Part shown: positions 38,697-48,324 of the stretch, piece after piece
Numbering within the stretch: the stretch's first letter is position 1
Layout: the number at the start of each line of letters is the position of its first letter
From: an uncultured Myxococcales bacterium
Lineage (GTDB): Bacteria; Myxococcota_A; UBA9042
DNA: 51,295 bases
Reading direction: 5' to 3'
Assembly (NCBI GenBank): GCA_903896545.1
Contig: CAITYF010000229.1
Span: 1 to 51,295, forward strand
The notes under the pieces: model-generated
What the model was told of the DNA's origin: nothing
The model's input: the letters and a program-made list of their open reading frames with translations, nothing else
Database searches by the model: none
Position numbers and translations under genes: made by a program

Positions 38697-39621
38697 CATT
38701 TTGGTCGCGCGTGGCTTGGTGAAGGCGTACGGCGCCAAACGCGTCGTCGACGGCTTGGACTTGGACCTCGGCGCAGGCAGCGTCCTCGGACTTCTGGGTC
38801 CAAACGGCGCAGGAAAAACGACGACGCTGCGCATGCTCTACGGCTTCACCGAACCTGACGCTGGGGAAATTCGCTACGACGGCAAATTACTGAGCGCGAA
38901 CCGCGATGAACTCAAGGGCTGGATCGGCGTCTGCACGCAGCACGACACGCTGGACCATGATTTTTCAGTGGAGCAGAACCTGCGCGTTTACGCGTCCTAC
39001 TTCCGCCCACGCCTGGCGGATCTGAACAAGCGCATCGACGAACTGCTCGACATTTTTGGCCTCCGTGAATTTGCCAAGCAACCGCCGCGCTCGCTGTCGG
39101 GCGGGTACCAACGGCGCCTCATGATCGCGCGGTCAATCGTGCAGCAGCCGCGCGTGCTGTTTCTGGACGAGCCGACGACGGGGCTGGACCCTGCGGCGCG
39201 CGTGGACGTGTGGCGGCTGGTGTCGACGCTGCGCGCGCAGGGGATGGCCATCGTCCTGACGACGCATTACATGGACGAAGCGGAACGGCTCAGCGACGCG
39301 ATCACGGTGCTGGCGCGCGGCAAAGCCGTGGCGCGTGGGACACCGCGGGAGATCCTGGGCGAAGTACTGGGTGAGCACGTCGCCGTGCTTGAAGTCGCCG
39401 ATGTGAGCGAGGCCACGCTGCGAGCGTGGTCGCAGACGCATACCGGCAACGCGCCGGCACGCGTGCTGGATGAATGGCAGATTCCGTTGACGGCGAACCA
39501 GCTGGCGGCGTTTTCCGAGGCCTTTGCACACACGCGTTTCACGGTTCGCCAGCCGACGCTGGACGACCTGTTCCTGCGTTTGGCCGTCGACCCAGCGCCT
39601 GCCACTGAGGAGGTTCGCTGA
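38689..39621 (+). CDS. ABC transporter ATP-binding protein (ABC-2 exporter type)
   Basis: Walker A GPNGAGKTT, signature LSGGYQRR, Walker B LFLDEPTTGLD. 8-nt overlap with the rlmN end. Confidence 0.85.
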   Translation: MADILVARGLVKAYGAKRVVDGLDLDLGAGSVLGLLGPNGAGKTTTLRMLYGFTEPDAGEIRYDGKLLSANRDELKGWIGVCTQHDTLDHDFSVEQNLRVYASYFRPRLADLNKRIDELLDIFGLREFAKQPPRSLSGGYQRRLMIARSIVQQPRVLFLDEPTTGLDPAARVDVWRLVSTLRAQGMAIVLTTHYMDEAERLSDAITVLARGKAVARGTPREILGEVLGEHVAVLEVADVSEATLRAWSQTHTGNAPARVLDEWQIPLTANQLAAFSEAFAHTRFTVRQPTLDDLFLRLAVDPAPATEEVR

Positions 39622-40454
39622 TGTGGAGTCCGCGTCTCGGCGACCTCTTTGACTGGCGAACTCGCGCGGTGTTTGAGCGCAACGCCCAGGTCTACCTCCG
39701 CAATTGGCGCACGGCGTTCTTACCGCCGACCTTGGAGCCGATCGTCTCGCTACTCGCGTTTGGCGTCGGTCTGGGCGCATACGTCGGCTCGATGAAGTGG
39801 CACGGTCAGACCGTCGACTACATCTCCTACATGGCCCCAGGTTTGGTCGCGCAAACTGTCTTTGCCACGCCGTTTTTTGAGGCGCTCTACTCCAGCTACG
39901 TCCGTATGTTCTACCAAAAAACCTGGGACGGGCTCCTGGCCACGCAAGTCGAACTCCGTCACATCGTGTGGGGTGAAATCACCTGGGCAAGCGCACGCGG
40001 TGTGATGAACGCGGGCGTCGTCTGCGTCGTGCTGGCACTTGCCAACGCGCTCGGCATCCTCCACGTGCACGCCGAGTGGCTCTTGGCGCTCCCGCTCATC
40101 GGCTTTCTCGCCGGCTGGTCGTTCTCGGCGTTTGGTCTCTGCTTCACTGCGATTGTGCCCAGCATCGACCACATGAATTTCCCGGTTTTCCTGGTCGGCG
40201 TGCCGCTCGGTCTGATCAGCAACACGTACTTTCCCATCGACACGCAAAACGCCTGGCTGACCGGCGCGATGCAGGCCAACCCGATCTACCACCTGGCCGA
40301 GCTGTACCGCGCGCTGCTGCTGGGCAATGGCCCAGATCTGCATCTCCTCTGGCTGGCGTTGTCGTCCGGCGCGTGGCTGTTGGTGTTTGCGACGGCCGCG
40401 CAAGGGCTTGTGCACCGCCGGGTGCTGGGCGATTCGAGTTCGTCCGACTGGTAG
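39621..40454 (+). CDS. ABC-2 type transporter permease
   Basis: gaggagg RBS; ATG overlaps the upstream stop (TGATG); six TM segments; ABC-2 family pattern. Confidence 0.75.
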   Translation: MWSPRLGDLFDWRTRAVFERNAQVYLRNWRTAFLPPTLEPIVSLLAFGVGLGAYVGSMKWHGQTVDYISYMAPGLVAQTVFATPFFEALYSSYVRMFYQKTWDGLLATQVELRHIVWGEITWASARGVMNAGVVCVVLALANALGILHVHAEWLLALPLIGFLAGWSFSAFGLCFTAIVPSIDHMNFPVFLVGVPLGLISNTYFPIDTQNAWLTGAMQANPIYHLAELYRALLLGNGPDLHLLWLALSSGAWLLVFATAAQGLVHRRVLGDSSSSDW

Positions 40455-40598
40455 CAGACGCGGCAAATCCGCCGCGAAGAGGCGCATTGACGCCGAAGCG
40501 CGAACCTGCGACACAGCTTCAGCCGCCGTTCGAATCGACCGTTCGGCCCGCGCGTTGCACGTTCCACATGGCCGACCCGGCCTGAGGCGCACCATCCC

Positions 40599-43091
40599 AT
40601 GTCGCATGTTCCTTCGCAGAAGCCGCCGCTGTCTGACCGCGTCGCCCGCGTGTACGCGGATTGGACCGGCAAACGCCCGTTCTTGACCTTGGGTATTTGG
40701 CTAGCCGTCATCGCCGTCTGCGGCTGGTACGGCTCCGGCATCGAGATTCGCTCGCAAATGGAGGACCTCTTCCCGGACAACACGCCCGCGGTGATGAACG
40801 CCCGAGAAGCGCGCAAGATCCTGAAGTCGCCGTCGCAGATGCTCATCGTGTTTGGCAGCACGCAGCGCGAAGCCAACCGCAAGTTGGCCGGCGATTTCTG
40901 CGATGAAGTCAGCAAATGGCCAGAAGTGGCGACGGTGGAATGCCGCCGCGACATCGAGTTTTTCCGCAAGAATGCCGCGCTGTTTCTGAGCGAGAAAGAA
41001 CTGCTGGACATTGAAACCGACGTCCGCAAGCTGATCAAAGACGCGACCGAAAAGGACATGGCAGGCGATGAATTGACCGCCGGCTTGGACGATCCGCCGA
41101 CGCCGACCGCGGTTGTAGCAGGCGCGACGCCACCCGACGCGGGCAAGAAGAAGACGCGCGTGCCGACCGAAGACGACTTGAAGTCGCGCTTGGGTGGCGG
41201 TGACGTCCGTGAGTGGGTCGAAACCCCCGAAGGCGACGCGCTGGGCATCAAGATTTTCCCGACCTTTCCGCCGCAGGACATGGAGCGCGGCGCGAAGTTC
41301 CTGGAAAAAATCAATGCGACATTCCAACGCTTGGATGAACACAAGTACGCGCCGGACATGGTGCACAGTATCACCGGCGATTACTCAGAATTGCGCCAGG
41401 AAATCAACCAGATTCAGAGCAATTTGGTCTTCACGTCGGTAATCGCCCTGCTCCTGATTTCGTTGATTCAAATCAGTCACTTCCGCCGCTTTCGTTCGCT
41501 GATCTTGATGTCCGTGCCGCTGCTCGCGGGCACCGCGCTGACCTTGGCGTTTGCGCGCGGCGCGGTCGGCTACATGAACATGGTGACGGCGTTCATCTTC
41601 TCCATGCTGTTCGGAATGGGCAACGATTTCAATGTTTACACGTTGAGTCGCTACCTGGAAGAACGCGCCGCTGGCTACGAGCCACAAGAAGCCGTGCTGC
41701 GCACAATGGTGGGTTTGTGGGGCGCGTTGGGTCAGGCGATGGCGACGACTTCGGTCGCATTTTTCGCGCTTATCGTTCTGGATTTCAGAGGGTTTTCCCA
41801 ATTCGGCTTGATTGCCGGCGTCGGCGTTGCCCTGTCGCTTTTTGCGACACTCGGCCTTTTTGGCCCGCTCACGCTCGCGATGCACCGCATCTGGCCCGAT
41901 CCGCCGCCGAAACAGGAGCACGTCGAAGGCGCCAAGTGGCTCGGCTGGTTCGCCAAACCGGGAGTTGCACGAATCACCTTGATCGGACTTGGTTTTGTCA
42001 CGCTTTTTTCCCTCTACAACGCCTCCGGTTTTGAGTTCGAGACCGACTTCCGCAAGCTGCGCTCGCTGGGCACGACGCCCGCGAACGTGAAGGCTCCGGC
42101 TGACGTCGAGGCCGCTTACCGGTATCACCGCAACGCCGACCAGAGTTCAGACACGCCAATGCTCGTCGTGACCGACTCGATGGCCGATTCTCGCGTCGTG
42201 CACGACCAGCTGACAGCGCTGCAAGGCCACGCGACGCGCCTCAACAAGTTCCTGTCCATCCACACTTTTGTGCCGCTGAATCAGCAGGCAAAACAACCGA
42301 CGATTGAGCGGATTCGCACACTGATCGACGCGAAGATGGAACTGCTCAAGGGCGACGACAAGGCCGAAGCCGAGCGCGCGCTGAAGTGGCTGCAGGCCAA
42401 GCCGTACACAGCAGAACAACTTCCTGATTTTATTCGCAAACGCTTCTTGGACCAGAAGGATCAGCTGGGCCGCTTCGTGCTGATTTGGGCCAACGGCAAC
42501 CTGGCTGAGGCCAAGGCGGTGCAGGAAGTCATCGATCAAGTCGGCACGTTCAAGGTTGGTCAACGCGAATACCACTCGACCGCGTCGTTCTTCATTCTGG
42601 CGGAAGCAGACCACATCGTGCGCAAGGAAGGCCCCTGGGCGGTCGTTCTGGCGACCATCGCGACCTTTGCCGTCGTGCTGTGGTACTTCCGCTCGTTGTG
42701 GCTCCTGACCTATTCGTTCATCGCGCTGACGGCGTCGTTCATCATTTTCCTGGGGCTCGCGCGCGGCTTGGGTTTGGAATTGAACCTGTTTTCGGTCACT
42801 ACCCTTCCGGGCATCGTCGGCATCGGCATCGACGGCGTGACGCACATTTTGCACCGCTGGGATGAAGAGGGCGAGCACGCCAACGTCCAGAAGATTCTGC
42901 AACAGGTTGGCGGCGCGGCGTGGGTGGCCCTGCTGACGACGATGGTCGGCTTCGCGGCGCTGCTGTTTCAACCCAACCGCGGCTTGCAGACGATGGCGTG
43001 GATGGCGACGTTAGGGCTTCTGGTCTCGTGCCTTGTGTCCAACGTGCTGACCGGCGCGATGCTGACGGTGTTCCCGCCCAAGCGGAAGTGA
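40599..43091 (+). CDS. MMPL / RND-superfamily exporter with two sterol-sensing-like TM bundles (HpnN-like lipid exporter candidate)
   Basis: 830 aa. Two repeats of periplasmic domain plus six TM segments; MMPL-type motif GMGNDFNVYTLSRYLEE. Confidence 0.7.
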   Translation: MSHVPSQKPPLSDRVARVYADWTGKRPFLTLGIWLAVIAVCGWYGSGIEIRSQMEDLFPDNTPAVMNAREARKILKSPSQMLIVFGSTQREANRKLAGDFCDEVSKWPEVATVECRRDIEFFRKNAALFLSEKELLDIETDVRKLIKDATEKDMAGDELTAGLDDPPTPTAVVAGATPPDAGKKKTRVPTEDDLKSRLGGGDVREWVETPEGDALGIKIFPTFPPQDMERGAKFLEKINATFQRLDEHKYAPDMVHSITGDYSELRQEINQIQSNLVFTSVIALLLISLIQISHFRRFRSLILMSVPLLAGTALTLAFARGAVGYMNMVTAFIFSMLFGMGNDFNVYTLSRYLEERAAGYEPQEAVLRTMVGLWGALGQAMATTSVAFFALIVLDFRGFSQFGLIAGVGVALSLFATLGLFGPLTLAMHRIWPDPPPKQEHVEGAKWLGWFAKPGVARITLIGLGFVTLFSLYNASGFEFETDFRKLRSLGTTPANVKAPADVEAAYRYHRNADQSSDTPMLVVTDSMADSRVVHDQLTALQGHATRLNKFLSIHTFVPLNQQAKQPTIERIRTLIDAKMELLKGDDKAEAERALKWLQAKPYTAEQLPDFIRKRFLDQKDQLGRFVLIWANGNLAEAKAVQEVIDQVGTFKVGQREYHSTASFFILAEADHIVRKEGPWAVVLATIATFAVVLWYFRSLWLLTYSFIALTASFIIFLGLARGLGLELNLFSVTTLPGIVGIGIDGVTHILHRWDEEGEHANVQKILQQVGGAAWVALLTTMVGFAALLFQPNRGLQTMAWMATLGLLVSCLVSNVLTGAMLTVFPPKRK

Positions 43092-43094
43092 TGC

Positions 43095-44630
43095 TCACTC
43101 GCCAGTAGGCCCCGGTTCGATCGCCCAGAGCGTCAACCACGTCGGCCGCGGCATTCCGCTCAACGTGTGATCTTGCCAAGCGTGCCAAGCGCGCTCCAGA
43201 AACGGCCCCGCATACGGCCAAAGTGGCGTCTGACGGAACGGCATTTCCGACCACGCCAGCCGCAGGTGCGTTCCCGCAGGTGGCAGAGGCTCCACAAATG
43301 GGTCGGGCGTCAGCAGCGTCCACTGGTTCCAGTCCGTTGGCAGCGGGTCGCGCCCTTCCACGCGGAATTCAGTGCGACGCTGTTGCAAAAACGGCGTGTC
43401 GACAAACGGCTGCTGACCGCGGAACAACACGTGCTGCGCGGCAGGCGCCTCGTTCATGTGGCGGAAAAAGGCGTGATGCGGCCGCCAGCCGACGGGGTAA
43501 ACGGCAAAAAGCAGAACCAACAGGAAATTCCACGCACAGAGAGGTCGCAACCAGCGCGGCCAAGTCGGTATTTCAGAAGGCAAAGTCTCAGCGAATACCC
43601 AAGGGAGCAGAAACGCGATGGGGAACAAGAAGCGCTCTTCCTTGTGACCAACCAGCGAGTGAATGAGCACAAAAAGCAGCGTGCCCCAGGTCAGCGCGCT
43701 TCGCGGCCGCAGCCACCAGACACGCGCCAGAAGGACCATGCAGAGCAAGACGATGGGGCCAAACAAGTTCGCCGGCAGGAGCCACAGGAGCGCCGGCAGC
43801 GGCTCGACGCCGTACTTGCTGGCCACACCGAGGATGACGTTGTGGTGGAGGTAGTTGTAGGGCGCGAACGTCCAAACGCCGTAACCAACGCGATCAGCGA
43901 GCGTGCCGATGCCCAGTGCGAGCGCACCGCCGAGGAAAAATGCGCCGATGCGGCTGGCGGAGGGACGTTCGTACCACAACCACCAGAGCGTCGTACCGAC
44001 GAGGAGAAACGCCATCTGAAAGCGGCATTCAAAGGCCAGGCCGGCGAGCAGACCAGCAACGAAGAGGCGACGAGGGGAGAACGTGGGTCGGGCGGCCGCC
44101 GGTAGATCCAAGGCAAGCAGGGACAGGACGGTGAACGCCGCCGCCGCGGTTTCTGACGACGTCCGCGCGAAGAGGTACGGCAAAAAGCCGAGGGCGAGGC
44201 TCGCCTGGACCAGCCGCAGGCGCGCGAGTGGCGACGGTTGGAGCGCGACCAGCCGCGAGAGCAGCGCCGTGTAGGCGAGCCACGCGAAGAGCGCCGTGAA
44301 GAGACGCAGAGCGGTCAAGAGCGCGAAGGCGTCGTGCACGCCCAGCGCACCGAGCACGCGCATCACGCCAGCGTACGCCATCGGCTGGAACCACGGGCGC
44401 ATCTGCGCGCCGAACTCCCAAGGCAATGCGGACGTTGCGGTCCATCCCAGAAGGCTCGACGCGAATTCCACGGTCTGAAAGTGTTCGTCGGGGTGAAAAA
44501 AAGTCTCGGAACGCCACGCGGTCACGAGAACCACGAGGAACTGCAGCGCCACCAGACGCCGCAACGGCTTTTCCTGCCACAGCGGCAAGAAGAAACCGCG
44601 CGCGGACAAGTTCGCTGGCACTTGCGTCAC
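43095..44630 (-). CDS. GT-C fold membrane glycosyltransferase, Alg9/PIG-B/PimE-like (GT22-type mannosyltransferase) candidate
   Basis: N-terminal luminal-loop motif FFHPDEHFQTVE; 10 or more TM helices; no Walker or other soluble motifs. Confidence 0.5.
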   Translation of the reverse strand: MTQVPANLSARGFFLPLWQEKPLRRLVALQFLVVLVTAWRSETFFHPDEHFQTVEFASSLLGWTATSALPWEFGAQMRPWFQPMAYAGVMRVLGALGVHDAFALLTALRLFTALFAWLAYTALLSRLVALQPSPLARLRLVQASLALGFLPYLFARTSSETAAAAFTVLSLLALDLPAAARPTFSPRRLFVAGLLAGLAFECRFQMAFLLVGTTLWWLWYERPSASRIGAFFLGGALALGIGTLADRVGYGVWTFAPYNYLHHNVILGVASKYGVEPLPALLWLLPANLFGPIVLLCMVLLARVWWLRPRSALTWGTLLFVLIHSLVGHKEERFLFPIAFLLPWVFAETLPSEIPTWPRWLRPLCAWNFLLVLLFAVYPVGWRPHHAFFRHMNEAPAAQHVLFRGQQPFVDTPFLQQRRTEFRVEGRDPLPTDWNQWTLLTPDPFVEPLPPAGTHLRLAWSEMPFRQTPLWPYAGPFLERAWHAWQDHTLSGMPRPTWLTLWAIEPGPTGE

Positions 44631-46303
44631 GGGGTCTTGGCCTCGATTACACTCGGCGCATAGTCCTTGGGCGCTTCATACCCCAGCAGGTTGAACAGCG
44701 TCGCCGCGACGTTCGCCAGGCCCGGCACCTCGCCATTCGCCGCGAAGTCGCGCAGCCGCCACGCGTCCGCATGCGCGGGGTCAAAAATCGACAGCGGCAC
44801 CGGATTCAGCGTGTGACTCGTCTTGGGAATGTGCTGCCCCGCGGCGTCCATTTGCGGGCGCCCCTTGCCGTCGCGCATCCACATGTCGTCGGCGTTGCCG
44901 TGGTCGGCCGTCACGACCAAAATGCCGTTCATGTCCCGCACGACCTGCAACAGCCGCCCCAACTCCACGTCCAGCGCTTGAATGGCCTCGATGGTCGCCG
45001 CGAGGTTGCCCGTGTGGCCGACCATGTCGCCGTTGGGATAGTTCAGCCGCACGAAATCCGGCGGATCAGCCACCGCGAGCGTTTGCAGCACGAGGTCCGT
45101 GATCTCATGCGCGCGCATCTGTGGGCGCTGGTCAAACGAGATGCGATCCGACGGGACCTCAACGTACTCCTCAAAATCCGGCTCCAGAAGCCCCGACCGA
45201 TTGCCGTTCCAGAAATACGTCACGTGGCCGTACTTTTGCGTTTCCGAGACTGCGAGCGTCTTGAGCCGCAATTTTGCAAGGAACTCGCCCATCGTGCGCT
45301 CAATCACCGGCGGCTCGACCAGAAAACGCTTGGGCTGCGCGAGATCGCCGTCGTACTGCATCATGCCGGCATAGCGGACTTGGGGTTGCGGCCCGCGGTC
45401 AAACGCCGTGAACGTCGCTTCCTCAAACGCGCGGGTAATCTCAATCGCGCGGTCACCACGGAAATTCCAGAAGACGAACGCGTCGCCGTCTTGCACGCGA
45501 CCGATCGGCGCACCTTTGGCATCGACAATCACAAACGGCGCGAGCGTCTGATCGCTCTTGCCGCCCGGTTCCGCACGCAGCACCTGAAGCGCCGCCTTCA
45601 CGCTCTCAAACCCGCGCCCTTCCCCGCGCACGTGGGTCGCCCAACCGCGCGCGACCATAGGCCAATCGGCCTCGTAGCGGTCCATCGTGATGGCCATGCG
45701 ACCGCCGCCCGACGCAATCTTGTAGTCGCGGGCGGGGTACGCGTGCAGCGCGGCCTCCACCATCTGCACGAACATCTCAAAGGTGCCTTCCGCCACGTCG
45801 CGACCGTCCGCCAGAACGTGGAGACGCACCCGGTGCACGCGGGCGTGATCCGCCGCAGCGACCAGCGCCAGCACGTGGTCGATGTGCGCATGAACATTGC
45901 CGTCAGACAACAGCCCGCACAGGTGCAGCGTGTGCGGCTGGTCGTTGCCGACGCCATCCATCAGCCATTTCCACGTCGCGCCTTGCCAAATACGCCCGGA
46001 CTGAATCGCGTCCTGGACCAGCGCTGCGCCTTGGCGAAACACGCGGCCTGCGCCCAACGCGTTGTGCCCGACTTCAGAGTTTCCCATGTCCGCGTCTGAC
46101 GGCATGCCGACCGCCTCGCCGTGCGCCGCGAGCGTACACGTGGGCGACGACCGCCACAGGCGTTCCAGGTTCGGTTTGCGCGCCAATGCCACCGCGTCGC
46201 CGCCGTCGCCGAGCCCCCAGCCGACGCCGTCCAAAATGGCCAGCACGAGCGGCCCCTGCGGTTTGGCAATCCCCGGCAAGCGGGCAAGCGTCTCGATCGT
46301 CAT
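44627..46303 (-). CDS. gpmI: 2,3-bisphosphoglycerate-independent phosphoglycerate mutase
   Basis: ILDGVGW, MGNSEVGHNALGAGR, YFWNG, TADHGNAD. 4-nt overlap with the downstream GT-C gene. Confidence 0.9.
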   Translation of the reverse strand: MTIETLARLPGIAKPQGPLVLAILDGVGWGLGDGGDAVALARKPNLERLWRSSPTCTLAAHGEAVGMPSDADMGNSEVGHNALGAGRVFRQGAALVQDAIQSGRIWQGATWKWLMDGVGNDQPHTLHLCGLLSDGNVHAHIDHVLALVAAADHARVHRVRLHVLADGRDVAEGTFEMFVQMVEAALHAYPARDYKIASGGGRMAITMDRYEADWPMVARGWATHVRGEGRGFESVKAALQVLRAEPGGKSDQTLAPFVIVDAKGAPIGRVQDGDAFVFWNFRGDRAIEITRAFEEATFTAFDRGPQPQVRYAGMMQYDGDLAQPKRFLVEPPVIERTMGEFLAKLRLKTLAVSETQKYGHVTYFWNGNRSGLLEPDFEEYVEVPSDRISFDQRPQMRAHEITDLVLQTLAVADPPDFVRLNYPNGDMVGHTGNLAATIEAIQALDVELGRLLQVVRDMNGILVVTADHGNADDMWMRDGKGRPQMDAAGQHIPKTSHTLNPVPLSIFDPAHADAWRLRDFAANGEVPGLANVAATLFNLLGYEAPKDYAPSVIEAKTP

Positions 46304-46422
46304 GGTGGGACCTCCGAGCGCCTCGCGGGCGCGTGCGGAGAGGATAGGCGGTTTTTGACTCGCGGCAATCAGGCGCGTGTGGCGGAAGTGTCACAGCGCG
46401 TAAGCGTCCCGCCCTCGACGGG

Positions 46423-46821
46423 CTATTCGCGGCTGGTGGACGCCAACGGTGTACCCGTCTCCAAGCTCGAACCGCCGGCGGACGTGTGGAAAATGCGGCC
46501 TTCCAAATGCGCCGAGCCCAGAAGCGCGTGCACCGGGTCCGCAGCGGGTGCGTGTTCCGGAGAAAGCGGTCCCAGCGCGCCGGTTCCCGCCATGTGCGGC
46601 GGCACGTGACCGGGCTGTTCAATGCCGTCCTGAACTTGCGTCACTGCGTGCTTGAGCGCCACAGCAACTGCGTCCGCCTCTGCATCTCGATCGGCCACGG
46701 CACCTGTCAGGTACGCGATGTCCTTTTCGTCGACTTCCACATGTACGGTCGGCAGGTCGTTGCGCTGCAAGTCTTCGGCAATCTCTTGCGCCAGCTCTTG
46801 CGCATGACGTTTGGTGCTCAT
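46423..46821 (-). CDS. BON-domain protein (osmotic-shock/OsmY-like)
   Basis: PTVHVEVDEKDIAYLTGAVADRDAEADAVAVALKHAVTQV matches the BON pattern; about 132 aa. Confidence 0.45.
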   Translation of the reverse strand: MSTKRHAQELAQEIAEDLQRNDLPTVHVEVDEKDIAYLTGAVADRDAEADAVAVALKHAVTQVQDGIEQPGHVPPHMAGTGALGPLSPEHAPAADPVHALLGSAHLEGRIFHTSAGGSSLETGTPLASTSRE

Positions 46822-46988
46822 CGGTTCCTCCGGCGGGTCCAGCGGTGAATCGGCGTCCCTCTACCAGTTTAGCGCATTGCGTGCTGCGCGCCCGGAAAAT
46901 CCATCACGCATTTCATAACCTGCGACAAACCGCCGCATCGACGCGGGTTTTTTCGTCGGGTACACTCAGCCGCCCCGGAGGTTTTTGC

Positions 46989-47405
46989 GTGCGATTGCTG
47001 GCTTTGTTCTGTCTCTTGGCTTTGGCGGCGTGCGAGACGACCGCAGTCGCGGATTCCACTTTCCCGGCAGCCGCGCTCACGACAGGCACGACGGACGATA
47101 CACTCTACCAGATCGAGATTCGGACTGCGCCGACGCAACCGCCACCGCGTGCTGGCGCGACGCTGGACGTCCACATCGCGGACGCAGCGGGCCATGACGT
47201 CGACGGCGTGACGCTGGAAATCGTGCCATGGATGGCGGCAATGAACCACGGAACGCAGGTCGATCCGGTCATCACACCGCAGGGCAAAGGCCACTACACG
47301 TGCTACCCGCTGGAGTTGTTCATGGCCGGCACCTGGCAGCTGCGCATGAAGCTCAAAAAGGGCACGCGGGAGAGCCATGTCGTGCCGACTGTGGACGTGC
47401 CTTAG
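46989..47405 (+). CDS. FixH / YtkA-like Ig-fold lipoprotein
   Basis: ggagg RBS; GTG 46989; (V)RLLALFCLLALAAC lipobox. Block YQIEIRTAPTQP...LDVHIADAAGHDVDGVTLEIVPWMAAMNHG...GKGHYTCYPLELFMAGTWQLRMKL. Confidence 0.45.
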   Translation: MRLLALFCLLALAACETTAVADSTFPAAALTTGTTDDTLYQIEIRTAPTQPPPRAGATLDVHIADAAGHDVDGVTLEIVPWMAAMNHGTQVDPVITPQGKGHYTCYPLELFMAGTWQLRMKLKKGTRESHVVPTVDVP

Positions 47406-48291
47406 CGTCTGCATCGCCGTCTGCTGGTCCAGCTGCGCGTTGGCTCAGGCGTGTTGTTCGGGCGGCCAAGCCGTGACGCCGATCCGCTTGGGCGACTTGG
47501 AGCGCGCCGCCGCCGGCCTTGTGTGGAAAACCAGCGGCGGTTTGGGCAGCGTGGACGCAGGCGGCAAGTGGCAAGCGGCGACGACCGGAACGCGCGATGT
47601 CAACATCGAACAGGACCTGCTGGCCGCGCTACGTTTGAGCAAGCGCGTGCAACTGGCGCTGACGGTACCGTGGCTGGAGACCGCGCGGCAAGTGCCAAAC
47701 GTGCCGTGGGCGCTGGGTCACGGTCTGGGCGATCTGGATCTGGCGGCGCGCGTGGACATGACGCGGCTGGACGACGCACGTCCGTGGCCGGCTTTTGCTG
47801 TGGTGGCGGGCGTGACGATGCCAACTGGACGAGCGGCGGATGAAGCCAAAGCGCGGCTGGCCACTGACGTGACGGGAACCGGGACGTGGCAAGTGCGCGT
47901 CGCGACGGTCCTCGAGCGGCAGTGGCACCCGTGGCTGCTGCAGGTGGCGGGCGCGATGACCTGGGCGGCGCCGCACACGGTGGGCGAGTTGCACACGCAC
48001 CAGGGACTGTCAGGAACGCTGACCGCGGCGGTGGTGCGCGAGTTGCCGCTGGATCTGTTTGGCTCGCTGGCCGTGACGTGGCTCGGCGCGGGCGCGTCGA
48101 CGGTCAACGCGCAAACGCTCGTGAACAGCGAACGCAGCCAGTGGTCGACCGGCGCGACGCTGCTCTGGCAGGCCACGGCGAAGTGGCGCGTGCACGGCGG
48201 GCTGACGGCGCAGGTGCCGCTGCCAGGTGTGAGTCAGAATGCGACAGTGACGGTGGGTGGTGTGTTGGGTGCGGTGTTCGTGTGGAATTAG
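47377..48291 (+). CDS. Secreted outer-membrane beta-barrel-like protein (MetA/OmpP1-like transporter-barrel candidate)
   Basis: Signal peptide ...SSCALAQA; alternating amphipathic strands; ends ...GVLGAVFVWN. Overlaps the upstream lipoprotein gene by 29 nt. Confidence 0.45.
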   Translation: MSCRLWTCLSVCIAVCWSSCALAQACCSGGQAVTPIRLGDLERAAAGLVWKTSGGLGSVDAGGKWQAATTGTRDVNIEQDLLAALRLSKRVQLALTVPWLETARQVPNVPWALGHGLGDLDLAARVDMTRLDDARPWPAFAVVAGVTMPTGRAADEAKARLATDVTGTGTWQVRVATVLERQWHPWLLQVAGAMTWAAPHTVGELHTHQGLSGTLTAAVVRELPLDLFGSLAVTWLGAGASTVNAQTLVNSERSQWSTGATLLWQATAKWRVHGGLTAQVPLPGVSQNATVTVGGVLGAVFVWN

Positions 48292-48324
48292 CAAAGTGCT
48301 ACACTCCGCCGCCGGAGGTTCCTC

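Noticed and set aside
40500-40560. TTCGAATC (T-loop-like) sequence suggesting a tRNA
   Set aside because: Flanking bases do not form a T-stem or an acceptor stem; no cloverleaf can be drawn.
40599-43091. Naming the MMPL protein as HpnN (hopanoid transporter)
   Set aside because: No hopanoid biosynthesis genes (shc/hpn) are in the window; the family assignment alone does not identify the substrate.
44426-46099. 557-aa plus-strand ORF and 48010..49959 minus-strand ORF
   Set aside because: Antisense to gpmI (strong motifs) and to the FN3/BNR lipoprotein respectively; the products are Arg-rich.
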